DNA of 64,000 bases from Candidatus Omnitrophota bacterium (GCA_049517335.1 JBEKSD010000003.1:1-64000), one strand, 5' to 3'. Counted from the first letter of the stretch, positions 27,672-37,588 are shown. Numbers and translations: made by a program. Notes: generated by a model from the sequence alone, not told the origin.

Positions 27672-27728
27672 ACCCCGTTAGAAATCTTAGCCATCTTATT
27701 ACCTGCTAGACTTTCGTTCTAACGGGGT
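27672..27728. repeat. REP/MITE-like inverted repeat in the csp leader
   Basis: ACCCCGTTAGAA (27672-27683) and TTCTAACGGGGT (27717-27728). Confidence 0.6.
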
Positions 27729-27824
27729 AAATAATGACTTTTGTAACAAAAAACCGTAAGAGCGAATTCCTTCTCGTCCTTACGGCCCAAGACTTCTACT
27801 CCTTGTTTACCACTAACGCAAAGG

Positions 27825-27853
27825 AGTATACACTACGGAAATCCATTTGTCAA
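27825..27853 (-). promoter_or_regulatory. csp promoter, giving a long (~190 nt) 5' UTR
   Basis: TTGACA-17-TATACT. Confidence 0.75.
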
Positions 27854-27866
27854 TAGAATAGTTTAA

Positions 27867-28166
27867 TTAAGCGGTGACGGTATCCACTTCACCTAAGTTG
27901 AAGTATCCCAAGACGTTAACCTTGGCCTTGGATTTTCCCACAAGCCAATCATGGTATTTTTTCATAAAACGGTCATGCTGGACTTTCGTTTCCCACTTAT
28001 AGACAGAGGCGTATTGGTTCTTAAATCCGAAGCGCTTAACGGTATGATACGCGATGAAGCCCTTAGCTTTCTTTGTGTAGCTGGCCCACATTAAGCTGTC
28101 CTTACGGTATTTGGCCACCTCTTTGGGCTGGATTTCAAATAATACGCTATGTATAAACATATTCAA
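27867..28166 (-). CDS. ABM (antibiotic biosynthesis monooxygenase) domain protein
   Basis: Ferredoxin-like pattern KAKGFI...YASVYKWET..H..F. Confidence 0.65.
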   Translation of the reverse strand: MNMFIHSVLFEIQPKEVAKYRKDSLMWASYTKKAKGFIAYHTVKRFGFKNQYASVYKWETKVQHDRFMKKYHDWLVGKSKAKVNVLGYFNLGEVDTVTA

Positions 28167-28177
28167 TCCTTTCTTTT

Positions 28178-29521
28178 TTAAGGTTTTAGCGATTTAAGTA
28201 TAGGGTACACCCTGTTAAAAATATCTTCAAGTTCATTTTTCTTCGTAGAAAGTGGCAGGAATAAATAAATTACGTCTCCCAACGGCCGTAAGATAAGATT
28301 GCTTTTTAACCCCTTTTTATAAACTTTAAGGGCCATTCTTTTTTTGAAACTAAAACCCTCTTTTGATTTTTTGTCTTTAACCAGCTCTATGCCTGCGATT
28401 AATCCGATATGGCGCACATCTCCGACAAAAGGTAAGCTTCTAATTCTCTCCAGCCCGGCTTGGAATATGGGCTGGAGCTTCTTAACATTGGAAAGCGTAT
28501 TTTCTTCCTCAAATACCCGTAAACTGGCCAAGCCCGCAGAACAAGAAACAGGGTTAGCAGTATAGGTATGCCCGTGATAAAAGGTCTTTTTCTTTTCATA
28601 ATCCGCATAAAACTCACCGTATATCTTATCTGTGGTCAGGGTAGCTGCTAATGGCAGGTATCCTCCGCTTATCCCTTTGGATAGGCATAGAAAATCCGGC
28701 CGGATATTATTTACATGCTCATAGGCAAACATTTTTCCCGTGCGGCCGAATCCCGTAGCTACCTCATCTAAAATCAAATGTGTGTTATATTTCTTGGCAA
28801 GGGCGGCGATTCTTTCCAAGTACTCTTTAGGATAAACTATCATTCCTGAAGCGCACATAACCATAGGCTCAAGGATTATCGCGCAAATCTCATCTGCTTT
28901 TTCCTTTAAAAGTTTTTCTGCTCGATTCAAGCAGTCAATATTACATCCTGACCGCTTTAGACCAAGCGGGCAGCGGTAACAATATGGAGAGGGCATTTTA
29001 ATGGACGGGGAAAATAGGGGCGAAAAAACTTCATTAAACAAATCTACTCCGCTTACACTCATGGTACCGACGGTGTCACCGTGGTAGCCGTAATCCAGAG
29101 AAATAAATTTACGTTTTTTATTTTTGCCGCTATTACGCCAGTATTGAAAAGACATCTTAAGCGCGACTTCAACCGCAGTTGAGCCGTTATCCGAGAAAAA
29201 GACTTTGCTGAACTTACCCCTTGTCAAAGCAACTAATCTTTCAGCCAGAAGAATTGCCGGTTTATGCGTGAAGCCGGCAAATAGCACATGTTCCAATAAA
29301 TCCAGTTGTTTTTTAATTGCGCTTTTTATCTTGGGATGATTGTGGCCGTGGACATTACACCACCAGCTTGAGATAGTATCGTAATAGAAATTGCCTTTAC
29401 TGTCATAGAGCTTGATTCCTTTGCCTTTCTCTATCAATGGCGGCGGAAAATTCCGGCAATCCTTCATTTGGGTATAGGGATGCCAGAGATATTTAAGATC
29501 TTTTCTTATCCAATTATCCAT
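28178..29521 (-). CDS. bioA: DAPA aminotransferase
   Basis: WHPYTQ, SSWW, YHGDT, DEVATGFGRTG and HGHTY. Confidence 0.95.
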   Translation of the reverse strand: MDNWIRKDLKYLWHPYTQMKDCRNFPPPLIEKGKGIKLYDSKGNFYYDTISSWWCNVHGHNHPKIKSAIKKQLDLLEHVLFAGFTHKPAILLAERLVALTRGKFSKVFFSDNGSTAVEVALKMSFQYWRNSGKNKKRKFISLDYGYHGDTVGTMSVSGVDLFNEVFSPLFSPSIKMPSPYCYRCPLGLKRSGCNIDCLNRAEKLLKEKADEICAIILEPMVMCASGMIVYPKEYLERIAALAKKYNTHLILDEVATGFGRTGKMFAYEHVNNIRPDFLCLSKGISGGYLPLAATLTTDKIYGEFYADYEKKKTFYHGHTYTANPVSCSAGLASLRVFEEENTLSNVKKLQPIFQAGLERIRSLPFVGDVRHIGLIAGIELVKDKKSKEGFSFKKRMALKVYKKGLKSNLILRPLGDVIYLFLPLSTKKNELEDIFNRVYPILKSLKP

Positions 29522-29523
29522 AC

Positions 29524-30213
29524 TTAAGCCCTTTCCATAATTTCACCTGCAAATAGCTTAAATTTTTTGTATAATACATTATAATCCTTTACCCAAGGCA
29601 AAATCCCAAGTACCCTTTCACCGGTTAATTCTTTGATTATTTTAGGGTTATCTTCAAGGATTATCCTATTTTCCCCGGGCATATTATTAAAAATTACGCC
29701 CAGAATATTTAATTTTCTTTTTCTTAGCGACTCAAGAGCCGTAAGCGTATGGTTAATTGCGCCTAATTTATTCCCCGCCACCAATAACACGCCAAGCTTC
29801 AGTTTTCCCGCCAAGTCAATAATCAAGCTCTTATGGTCAAAGGGCACCAATACTCCGCCTGTGCCTTCAACAATTACCCGGTTAAATTTAGCTGATAACG
29901 CTTCAAAATTCTTCATGATTTTCTTTCCGCTGATTTTTTTACCTTCGGCCTTAGCGGCTAGATGCGGGGAAGCCGGAAATTTAAAAACATAAGGAACTGT
30001 ATCATTCAAATGTCCCCTTATATAGTTTTTGCTCTTTCCCATAATCGCAAGATGGACTTTGATATCCAACGGCAAGCTAGCAGAACCGGTTTGCACCCAC
30101 TTCTGTGTAATTACGCTCTCACCCTTTTCTAAAAGATATTTAGCGAGAAGCCCTGAAATTACTGTTTTACCTACTCCCGTATCTGTGCCGGTAATGAATA
30201 TCGCCTTTTTCAT
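29524..30213 (-). CDS. bioD: Dethiobiotin synthase
   Basis: ITGTDTGVGKT, VEGTGG and LGAINHT. Confidence 0.95.
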   Translation of the reverse strand: MKKAIFITGTDTGVGKTVISGLLAKYLLEKGESVITQKWVQTGSASLPLDIKVHLAIMGKSKNYIRGHLNDTVPYVFKFPASPHLAAKAEGKKISGKKIMKNFEALSAKFNRVIVEGTGGVLVPFDHKSLIIDLAGKLKLGVLLVAGNKLGAINHTLTALESLRKRKLNILGVIFNNMPGENRIILEDNPKIIKELTGERVLGILPWVKDYNVLYKKFKLFAGEIMERA

Positions 30214-30971
30214 TTTTTAACTACGCAAAAGAAGACCTGATAAGTGGCTTCAATCCTGCCAAACTTATCCAGGTAAGCTGCTTCAATATCCCTGATTATC
30301 CTGCGGTTAAAATATAACCTACCTTCTGAGTTATTCCCCCTTATACCCGAATATTTTATCTTCTTTAATAATTCAGCGAGGCTAGAGAAATTCTCCTTAT
30401 ACCTGGCTTCCTGAATCTCAACTTCACTGAACTCAATCTTAAGGAATCTTTCCAATCTAGCCTTAGTGATAAATTTACTTGCCGAAGTTGAGATATCCTT
30501 TAAGACCGAACCTAAAGAGATATTTAATTCAGAGAATGTCTGCGGCCCGAATACGCTAAAGGCGATAACCCCTTCTTTTTTAAGGTAGTTTTTATATGCT
30601 TTCAGGGTTTTCTCTAAATTTTCAAACCAATGGAAACAGGCATTAGAAGTTATCAAATCAAACCTTTCCCTTAAATTTAACTTTTCCGCATCCGCATTAA
30701 TAAAGCTTATCTTTTTTCCTTTAGCCCTGCTATTGGCAAGCTCAACCATTTTATCCGAAATATCCACAGCTTTAATTTCAGCATCCCGGAACCTTTGCCT
30801 TAAAAGGAACGTAAAGTTTCCGGTGCCGGAGCCTAACTCAAGGATCTTAAAGAAGCTGCCTTCGGGCATCCTGCTTAATAGCTTTTGGCCGGCCTTTCTC
30901 TGCACAGACGCATACCTATCATAAAGATGCGCGTACCTTGAAAAGTTATTTACGATTATTTTTTTATCCAT
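30210..30971 (-). CDS. bioC: Malonyl-ACP O-methyltransferase
   Basis: FSRYA..YD..A.VQ and LELGSGTG. Confidence 0.9.
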   Translation of the reverse strand: MDKKIIVNNFSRYAHLYDRYASVQRKAGQKLLSRMPEGSFFKILELGSGTGNFTFLLRQRFRDAEIKAVDISDKMVELANSRAKGKKISFINADAEKLNLRERFDLITSNACFHWFENLEKTLKAYKNYLKKEGVIAFSVFGPQTFSELNISLGSVLKDISTSASKFITKARLERFLKIEFSEVEIQEARYKENFSSLAELLKKIKYSGIRGNNSEGRLYFNRRIIRDIEAAYLDKFGRIEATYQVFFCVVKK

Positions 30972-31650
30972 GGAATATGTCCTTAAAAGAGGAGCTTAAG
31001 AATAGGGCATGTCCTACTTTTTGAACGCTGACAAACTCAGCTTTTGGCAATTGAGCCTTTATAGCTAACGCTTCTTTAAGCGGAGCGATAATATCCGCGC
31101 TGCCATGAAAAATCCTCAAGCTCTCTATTTGTTTTAAAGAATTAATATCTAACGCTACCCGGGAAAGATAATCCAATCCCGCAATTAAACCTAATAATTC
31201 CTGTTTCTTAAGGTAATCTTTCAACAACTCCTTCCTAAACCAGCTTAGGCCCTGCCTGTCATTGCGGCTAAAACAATCAAGGTAGAATTTATAAAGCCAG
31301 GCAACCCTGTTTTTTTTAAGCTTCTCTTCTATTCCGGTTAATGCTTGCACTTTGTATTTTTCCCGCATCCCTAAAAGGATTAGTTGTTCTACGTTATCGC
31401 GGTTCCTGACCGTAAAATCAGCTGCCAGGAACCCACCCAAAGACCAGCCAAGTATTGAAATTTTAGCGATAGAGTTACTCTTCAGATATTGCGATAAATC
31501 TTGCGTAAAACTGAAGGGCGAGAATTCTGATACTAAGAGATAATTATAATTCAGCTCAAGCGGCTGGAAAATCCGGTAGTCCGTTGCCCAGCCCGGTATT
31601 AAAACTAAATTATCCTTAAAACCCCTATTAACAAATTTTATTTCCAACAT
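30964..31650 (-). CDS. Pimeloyl-ACP methyl ester esterase (BioH/BioG-type hydrolase)
   Basis: PGW, GWSLGG, HGSADII and GH; located between bioF and bioC. Confidence 0.8.
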   Translation of the reverse strand: MLEIKFVNRGFKDNLVLIPGWATDYRIFQPLELNYNYLLVSEFSPFSFTQDLSQYLKSNSIAKISILGWSLGGFLAADFTVRNRDNVEQLILLGMREKYKVQALTGIEEKLKKNRVAWLYKFYLDCFSRNDRQGLSWFRKELLKDYLKKQELLGLIAGLDYLSRVALDINSLKQIESLRIFHGSADIIAPLKEALAIKAQLPKAEFVSVQKVGHALFLSSSFKDIFHG

Positions 31651-31661
31651 TTTAATCAGGC

Positions 31662-32801
31662 TTAGCTTAAAGTTCTAATAAGCCGGTCTACATCCTCTTT
31701 TTCATGATAAAAGGTCAAACAAAACCTTAAACGGGCTTCATTCTTAGGCACGCTAGGCGGGCGTATCGCTAAAACCCAAAACCCGGCATTTTGAAGTTTC
31801 TTAGCCAGCTCTAGCGCTTTTAAATTATCCCCCACAATCAAAGGCACAATTTGAGAGTAACCTTTTATCTCAAAGCCGCAATTCAGTAAGCCTTTGCGAA
31901 AATAATCTGCAAGCTTTAAAATTTTTTCTCTCCTGCCGGGTTCCTCTTTAATTAATTCAATACCCGCTAAATTCGCGGCAATTACCGCAGGAGGCAAAGC
32001 GGTTGAATAAATGAAACTCCTGCAGGTATTTATCAAATAGTCAATTGTTTTTTCGGAAGCAGCCAGATACGCCCCGAAACTTCCCAAAGCCTTGCTAAAG
32101 GTACCCATAATAAAATCCACTTTTCCTTCCACCCCTTCTTCTTGCGCCAAACCGCTTCCCTGCGGGCCGAAAACTCCCGTAGCGTGCGCCTCATCCAGGA
32201 AAATTTCGCAATCATACTTTTCTTTTAAGCGCACAATTTTTTTTAAGGGCGCTTTATCCCCATCCATACTAAATATGCTCTCCGTAATAATCAGCGCCTT
32301 TTTAAAATTCCCTCTTTCTTTTTTAATAAGCAATTCCAGGTGGTCCGTATCGTTGTGGCGGAAACGGAATGATTGCGCTCCGGATAAATTTATGCCGTCA
32401 ATCAGGCTGGCATGGTTTAAGCGGTCTGAAAAAATGCAGTCATCTTTGCCGTATAACGCGCTGATTATCCCAATATTTGCCTGATATCCGGAATTAAATA
32501 CCAACGCCGCTTCTTTATTTTTAAACTTAGCCAGCCTTTTCTCTAGTCTATGGTGTAATTCCGAATCTCCGCTCAAGAGGCGCGAGGCTGAATTAGAAGT
32601 GCCAAATTTATCGAGTGCTTTGCAAGATGCGGCTATAAGTTTAGGATGCTGCGAGAGGCCAAGATAATCATTAGAAGAGAAATCTATATAGGGCTTATTA
32701 TTAATAATTATTTTACCTGCCTTGCGCAAGGAAACAGGCCGCAGCATGCGCAGGGTGCCTTCTTGCGCCTTTTTTTTAAGTACTACCTCTACATCTGCCA
32801 T
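31662..32801 (-). CDS. bioF: 8-amino-7-oxononanoate synthase
   Basis: FSSNDYLGL, NHAS, SMDGD, DEAH and TFSKA. Confidence 0.95.
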   Translation of the reverse strand: MADVEVVLKKKAQEGTLRMLRPVSLRKAGKIIINNKPYIDFSSNDYLGLSQHPKLIAASCKALDKFGTSNSASRLLSGDSELHHRLEKRLAKFKNKEAALVFNSGYQANIGIISALYGKDDCIFSDRLNHASLIDGINLSGAQSFRFRHNDTDHLELLIKKERGNFKKALIITESIFSMDGDKAPLKKIVRLKEKYDCEIFLDEAHATGVFGPQGSGLAQEEGVEGKVDFIMGTFSKALGSFGAYLAASEKTIDYLINTCRSFIYSTALPPAVIAANLAGIELIKEEPGRREKILKLADYFRKGLLNCGFEIKGYSQIVPLIVGDNLKALELAKKLQNAGFWVLAIRPPSVPKNEARLRFCLTFYHEKEDVDRLIRTLS

Positions 32802-33706
32802 AGCTTTTTTATTTCCTCAACCAGTTTCCAGTCTTCATCAACCATTCTTCCTTTTATAGTAAGGTACCCACCGATAAGCATCCCGTTTGCTCCGGCCATA
32901 AAAGCTAAAGCCTGAAAATCCTTTAATAGAGACTCGCGCCCTGCGGCAATCTTAATGGTCTTACCTTCCAAAATTATCCTAAAAATCGCAATAGTCCTAA
33001 TGGCTTCTTGTGCAGAAAGTAATGCCTGCCTTTCCATTTGCGTTCCTTTTATCGGTACCAGTATATTTATAGGCACGGAATCCACATTTAACTCTTTTAA
33101 TGTCAAAACCATATCTATCCTGTCCTGCATATCTTCCCCCATCCCGATTATCCCTCCGGAACATACCTGCAAGCCGCATCTTTTAGCTGCTTTAATGGTA
33201 TTAAGCCTGTCCTGAAAGGTGTGCGTGGTAACGATTTTCGGGAAGAAACGCGCTGAGGTTTCAATATTATGGTGGTATCGGATAATTCCTGCATTTCTTA
33301 ATAAAGAGAATCGTTCTTCATCCATGCTTCCCAATGAAGCGCAAATTCGTATTTTGATATTGGTAGAAATTTCTTTAATCGCATCAAGAACCACCCTAAA
33401 ATCTTTTTCCGATAACTTATCGCCGCTGGTCACGATACCAAAACTCTTTGCGCCAATTTTCTTGGCACGCATTGCCGCTTTGATAATCTCCTCTTTTTTC
33501 TTTAGAGGATATGTGTCCAGGCCTGTCGCGTGCTTGCTGGACTGAGCGCAAAATTTGCAATCCTCAGCGCAAAATCCGCTTTTTGCGTTCATAATAGTAC
33601 AGAGGTCCATAGACTTGCCGGCAAACTTCTCCCTTACCCGGTTTGCCTCTACCACTAAATCCATAATCGGCATTTTAAGTAGTTTTTCTATTCTCTCTCC
33701 CTCCAT
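32789..33706 (-). CDS. bioB: Biotin synthase
   Basis: CAEDCKFCAQS, YHHNIET and CSGGIIG; GAGAGG RBS before 33706. Confidence 0.95.
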   Translation of the reverse strand: MEGERIEKLLKMPIMDLVVEANRVREKFAGKSMDLCTIMNAKSGFCAEDCKFCAQSSKHATGLDTYPLKKKEEIIKAAMRAKKIGAKSFGIVTSGDKLSEKDFRVVLDAIKEISTNIKIRICASLGSMDEERFSLLRNAGIIRYHHNIETSARFFPKIVTTHTFQDRLNTIKAAKRCGLQVCSGGIIGMGEDMQDRIDMVLTLKELNVDSVPINILVPIKGTQMERQALLSAQEAIRTIAIFRIILEGKTIKIAAGRESLLKDFQALAFMAGANGMLIGGYLTIKGRMVDEDWKLVEEIKKLWQM

Positions 33707-33728
33707 CAAATAATTCCTCTCATACATA

Positions 33729-33769
33729 ATTCCGGCGCTTATTATAATAAGCGCCGGAATAATTGTCAA
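33729..33769 (-). promoter_or_regulatory. Consensus bio promoter with the -10 at the centre of a perfect 32-bp palindrome
   Basis: TTGACA (33764-33769)-17-TATAAT (33741-33746); ATTCCGGCGCTTATTA|TAATAAGCGCCGGAAT at 33729-33760. Confidence 0.8.
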
Positions 33770-33793
33770 CCTAATTAAATTTATTAGTTTACG
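33764..33793. promoter_or_regulatory. BirA operator (bioO)
   Basis: TGTCAAC-N16-GTTTACG, overlapping the -35, between birA and bioB. Confidence 0.75.
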
Positions 33794-33800
33794 GAACTGT

Positions 33801-34757
33801 TTATCTGCAATGCATTACATCCCCGGCCACAACTTTAACATTCAAACCGGCATCATTACGCAGGATAAGCCCGCCGTCAATATCAATATCAAGAGCTTCC
33901 CCTTCATAATGTTTTTTGTGCGTATAGACTTTAACCCTGCGGCCTAAAGTTGTACTGTGTTCTCTCCATTTTCCGATAATAGAGGCAGGGCCCCTATGCT
34001 GGAATAGCAAATAATCCGCTTCCAGCTGCCGTAATAACTCCCGCAGTAACTCAATACGGTTTATTCCTTCTTTTTTGTGTTCCTTTAAAGAAGTTGTTCC
34101 CGCAATCAAAGTTTTTTTATCGTTATTCACATTCAAGCCTATCCCGATACTTATGAAATTCACCCTGTCTGTTTCGGCGCTTAACTCGGTAAGTATGCCA
34201 CCCAATTTCTTATTATGGATTAATATATCGTTCGGCCACTTTATTTGCGCATCCAGCGTACATATTTTTTTAACCGCCTCGCAAACACTTACTGCCGAAA
34301 GCAATGTCAGGATAGATGCTTCTGACGGTGGTATTTTTGGCCGTAAAATCAAAGACATATAAATTCCTTTATATTTGGGGGAAAACCAAATCCTGCCTAG
34401 CCTGCCCTTGCCTTTTGTCTGCGTTTCCGCTAAAATAAGGGTTCCTTCCTGCGCACCTGTAATGCCGAGCTTGAGCGCTTCATTCATAGTAGAAGCTACG
34501 GAATCAAAATAATAGATTTTCCTTCCCACAAATTTTGTTCCCAAATTACGGCTAACTTCAAATTCAAAAAGGCGATCCGGGGTTTCTTTGAGCCGGTAGC
34601 CCAAATGGGGCACAGCCACGATGTCATACCCGGCATCCCTCAATTCCTGAATATGTTTCCAGAGTGCCTGCCGGGATACCCCTAAACGCACACTGATAGC
34701 GTCTCCTGAAACATAATCATCTTTATTGCTTAAATATTCTAAGATTTTTTCCTGCAT
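33801..34757 (-). CDS. birA: Bifunctional biotin ligase/repressor
   Basis: N-terminal HTH (VSG..IS..LGVSRQALWKHI), QTKGKGRLGR.W, KWPND and KLGGIL. Confidence 0.95.
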   Translation of the reverse strand: MQEKILEYLSNKDDYVSGDAISVRLGVSRQALWKHIQELRDAGYDIVAVPHLGYRLKETPDRLFEFEVSRNLGTKFVGRKIYYFDSVASTMNEALKLGITGAQEGTLILAETQTKGKGRLGRIWFSPKYKGIYMSLILRPKIPPSEASILTLLSAVSVCEAVKKICTLDAQIKWPNDILIHNKKLGGILTELSAETDRVNFISIGIGLNVNNDKKTLIAGTTSLKEHKKEGINRIELLRELLRQLEADYLLFQHRGPASIIGKWREHSTTLGRRVKVYTHKKHYEGEALDIDIDGGLILRNDAGLNVKVVAGDVMHCR

Positions 34758-34759
34758 GA

Positions 34760-35923
34760 TTATTTCTTTTCGTAAAGAGGGGACATGGCGCGCAATTTCT
34801 CAACCACCTGCGACAGTTGCTTAAGAAAACGACTAATCTCTTCTTCCGTTGTCCACCTACCTATAGTTATACGCAGGGAACCATGGGCGATTTCATGCGG
34901 TAGGCCCAAAGCCAGAAGGACATGCGAAGGCTCAAGCGACGTAGATGTGCAGGCGGAACCGGTAGAGCAGGCAATACCCAACAAATCCAGATTAAGCAGC
35001 ATAGACTCGCCTTCAATGTATTTTATGGAGAAATTCACGTTATTGGGCAGCCTCTTTACGGGGTGGCCGTTAAGAAGGACTTCGGGGATTTTTTTGCTGA
35101 TTTCAGTTATCATCCTATCGCGCAGCCCGCTCTGGAATTTTGCCTCATTTGCCATATTTTTACTACATAATTCCACGGCTTTTCCTAAGCCCACAATGCC
35201 GGGAGTATTCTGCGTAGAAGCGCGCCTTCCTTTTTCCTGATCGCCGCCGTCTAAGAACCTTGTAATACGCGTCCCCTTCCTGAGGTATAAAGCACCTACC
35301 CCTTTGGGGCCGTAAAATTTATGCGCAGAAAGCGACAATAAATCCACGTTCATTTCGTTAACATCAACTGGAATGTGGCCGACGGTCTGAACCGCATCAG
35401 TATGAAAATAAATCCCTCTTTCTTTTGCGATCCTGCCGATCTCGGTAATAGGCTGAATTGTACCGATTTCGTTGTTCGCATGCATTACTGAAATAAGGAC
35501 CGTCTTATCGGTTATGGCTTTCTTGATATCCTCCGAGGAAACCAAACCGGTTTTATCCACCCTGACATAAGTAACATTAAAACCGTGTTTCTCAAGGTAT
35601 TTACAAGGCTCAAGTATTGCATGATGCTCAATGGCGGAAGTTATAATGTGATTTCCCTTTTCCGCCATGGCGGAAGCTATACCTTTTACGGCAAAATTAC
35701 CGGATTCAGTCCCTCCGGACGTAAAAATAATTTCATCAAGCTTTGCCCCGATAAAAGAAGCGAGTTCCTCGCGGGCATCCTCTACTCCCTTTTTCGCTTC
35801 CTGACCGAAAGAATGTATACTTGAAGCATTGCCGTATTTTTCAAAGAAATACGGCTCCATTGCTTTAACTACTTCAGGGTCGGTCGGCGCTGTAGCGGCG
35901 TAATCCAGATATATTCTTTTCAT
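34760..35923 (-). CDS. iscS: Cysteine desulfurase (IscS/NifS)
   Basis: YLDYAAT, SAHKFYGPKG and STGSACTS. Confidence 0.95.
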   Translation of the reverse strand: MKRIYLDYAATAPTDPEVVKAMEPYFFEKYGNASSIHSFGQEAKKGVEDAREELASFIGAKLDEIIFTSGGTESGNFAVKGIASAMAEKGNHIITSAIEHHAILEPCKYLEKHGFNVTYVRVDKTGLVSSEDIKKAITDKTVLISVMHANNEIGTIQPITEIGRIAKERGIYFHTDAVQTVGHIPVDVNEMNVDLLSLSAHKFYGPKGVGALYLRKGTRITRFLDGGDQEKGRRASTQNTPGIVGLGKAVELCSKNMANEAKFQSGLRDRMITEISKKIPEVLLNGHPVKRLPNNVNFSIKYIEGESMLLNLDLLGIACSTGSACTSTSLEPSHVLLALGLPHEIAHGSLRITIGRWTTEEEISRFLKQLSQVVEKLRAMSPLYEKK

Positions 35924-36723
35924 TTTATTGCCTCGTTCATGCTTCCGGTACGGTAACCTTCCAAATCAACTGTGATGTAATTATAACCTAACTTTTTCAA
36001 TTTGTCGACTACGAGGTTGCGTTTAGAGATTAAATTGCGTATTTGTTTATTCTCCACCTCTATCCGGCAGGAACGGCCGTAATCCCTGAGCCTTACCTGC
36101 TTAAAGCCGAGCTTCCTTAAAAAAAGCTCTCCTTTATTTATCCGCTTTAGCGCTATTGATGAAATCCTATTCCCATAAGGGATGCGCGAAGCAAGGCAAG
36201 CAAGGCTGGGCTTATCCCAAGTAGGGAGTTTTAACTTCCTGCTTAAACAACGGATATCATCCTTGGTAAAACCCGCTTCTTCAAGCGGCGAGCTTATCTT
36301 TAATTCTTTTCCGGCAATGCTGCCCGGACGGAAATCGAATTTATCGGAAACATTGCCTGCCTCTAAAACAACCTTAAATTTTTCTGCCCTCGCCATGTCT
36401 TTAAGGCGCGAAAAAAGTTCTTTTTTGCAGAAATAGCAGCGGTTAACCGGATTAGCAATAAACTTTTTGTTCCTACCTTCATGGGTGCGGATTATTTTAT
36501 GACGCACGCCTATAAGCTTTGCTATCCTTCTGGCATAGATGATTTCTTCTTTAGGGTAAGTCGGGGAAACTGCCGTAACTGCAAGCAGATTTTCTCCAGG
36601 CAGGGTTTCCGCCGCTATTTTAAGCAGTAAACTGCTGTCAACCCCTCCGGAGAAAGCAATCACGCAGGAATTATATTTTAAGATAAGTTTTTTAAGCTTA
36701 TCCAGTTTTTTATAAAGCAACAA
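35920..36723 (-). CDS. larE: LarE sulfur transferase (nickel-pincer cofactor)
   Basis: AFSGGVDS, RCYFCK, DFRPG and ACLASRIPYG. Confidence 0.9.
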   Translation of the reverse strand: MLLYKKLDKLKKLILKYNSCVIAFSGGVDSSLLLKIAAETLPGENLLAVTAVSPTYPKEEIIYARRIAKLIGVRHKIIRTHEGRNKKFIANPVNRCYFCKKELFSRLKDMARAEKFKVVLEAGNVSDKFDFRPGSIAGKELKISSPLEEAGFTKDDIRCLSRKLKLPTWDKPSLACLASRIPYGNRISSIALKRINKGELFLRKLGFKQVRLRDYGRSCRIEVENKQIRNLISKRNLVVDKLKKLGYNYITVDLEGYRTGSMNEAIK

Positions 36724-36931
36724 CCTCTTTAACCTCGGGGACTTCCTGCTTTAAAATCCTCTCAACGCCGTTCTTCAGGGTTATTTGAGACATCGGGCAG
36801 CAGCCGCAGGTACCAGTAAGCTTAAGCTTCACTACCCCGTCAGCTGTTACTTCTACCAATTCAACATTCCCGCCGTCAGTCATAAGCATCGGCCTGATTT
36901 TATCTAAAGCCTTCTCTACTTTTTCTCTCAT
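36710..36931 (-). CDS. NifU/NfuA-like Fe-S carrier
   Basis: IRPML..DGG.VEL and G.CGCCPMS. Confidence 0.9.
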   Translation of the reverse strand: MREKVEKALDKIRPMLMTDGGNVELVEVTADGVVKLKLTGTCGCCPMSQITLKNGVERILKQEVPEVKEVVAL

Positions 36932-36971
36932 AAATTGCTCCTTTTTGCTATTATTATAGCATTCAGCTGCT

Positions 36972-37586
36972 TTATTTGCCACTTTTCTTTAAAACATATT
37001 CCAACACAATATCCGCTTCTTTTGCCGCAGCTATGTTAACCCGCGGGGATACTGCGGGCTTATCCTTAATATCGCTCTTTAAATCCCCGACAACCACAAA
37101 GTTTTCCTTTATCCTGTGCGTTCTGATTTCATCGCTTGAGCCTACGCCGCCTAATCCGGAAGCAGAAACAATAAATCTGCCTTCGGGTAAAAGCCGATTA
37201 ACTAACATGCTCTTACCTTCGGAGGTATCAAGACATTCAACAATAATATGGCAGTTTTTAAATAATTCTTTTATGTTATTTTCGGTAATTTTTACTGCTT
37301 CTGTTTTAATATCCAATTCCGGATTAACCCTGCAAAGATTTATTTTGAGCGCATCCACTTTTTTCTGGCCGACCTGGTCCAGAAAATAAAACTGCCGGTC
37401 TAAATTTGAAGGTGTAATGATATCAAAATCTACGATCTTAAATTTTTTAAAACCGGATCTTACCAGATTAAGGGCGCAATTAGAACCCAACCCTCCTGCT
37501 CCGGCTATGCCTATTCTGGTCTCTTCAACCCTGGCGAGGTTCTCTTTCCCGAACTTTTTAATTAAATCTTCCCTGAATGTTTCCAT
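36972..37586 (-). CDS. thiF: ThiS adenylyltransferase
   Basis: IAGAGGLGSN and SNLDRQ; thi operon context. Confidence 0.9.
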   Translation of the reverse strand: METFREDLIKKFGKENLARVEETRIGIAGAGGLGSNCALNLVRSGFKKFKIVDFDIITPSNLDRQFYFLDQVGQKKVDALKINLCRVNPELDIKTEAVKITENNIKELFKNCHIIVECLDTSEGKSMLVNRLLPEGRFIVSASGLGGVGSSDEIRTHRIKENFVVVGDLKSDIKDKPAVSPRVNIAAAKEADIVLEYVLKKSGK

Positions 37587-37588
37587 TT

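Noticed and set aside
33707-33769. N-terminal extension of BioB given in the ORF track
   Set aside because: It overlaps the promoter, palindrome and operator; the RBS supports a start at 33706
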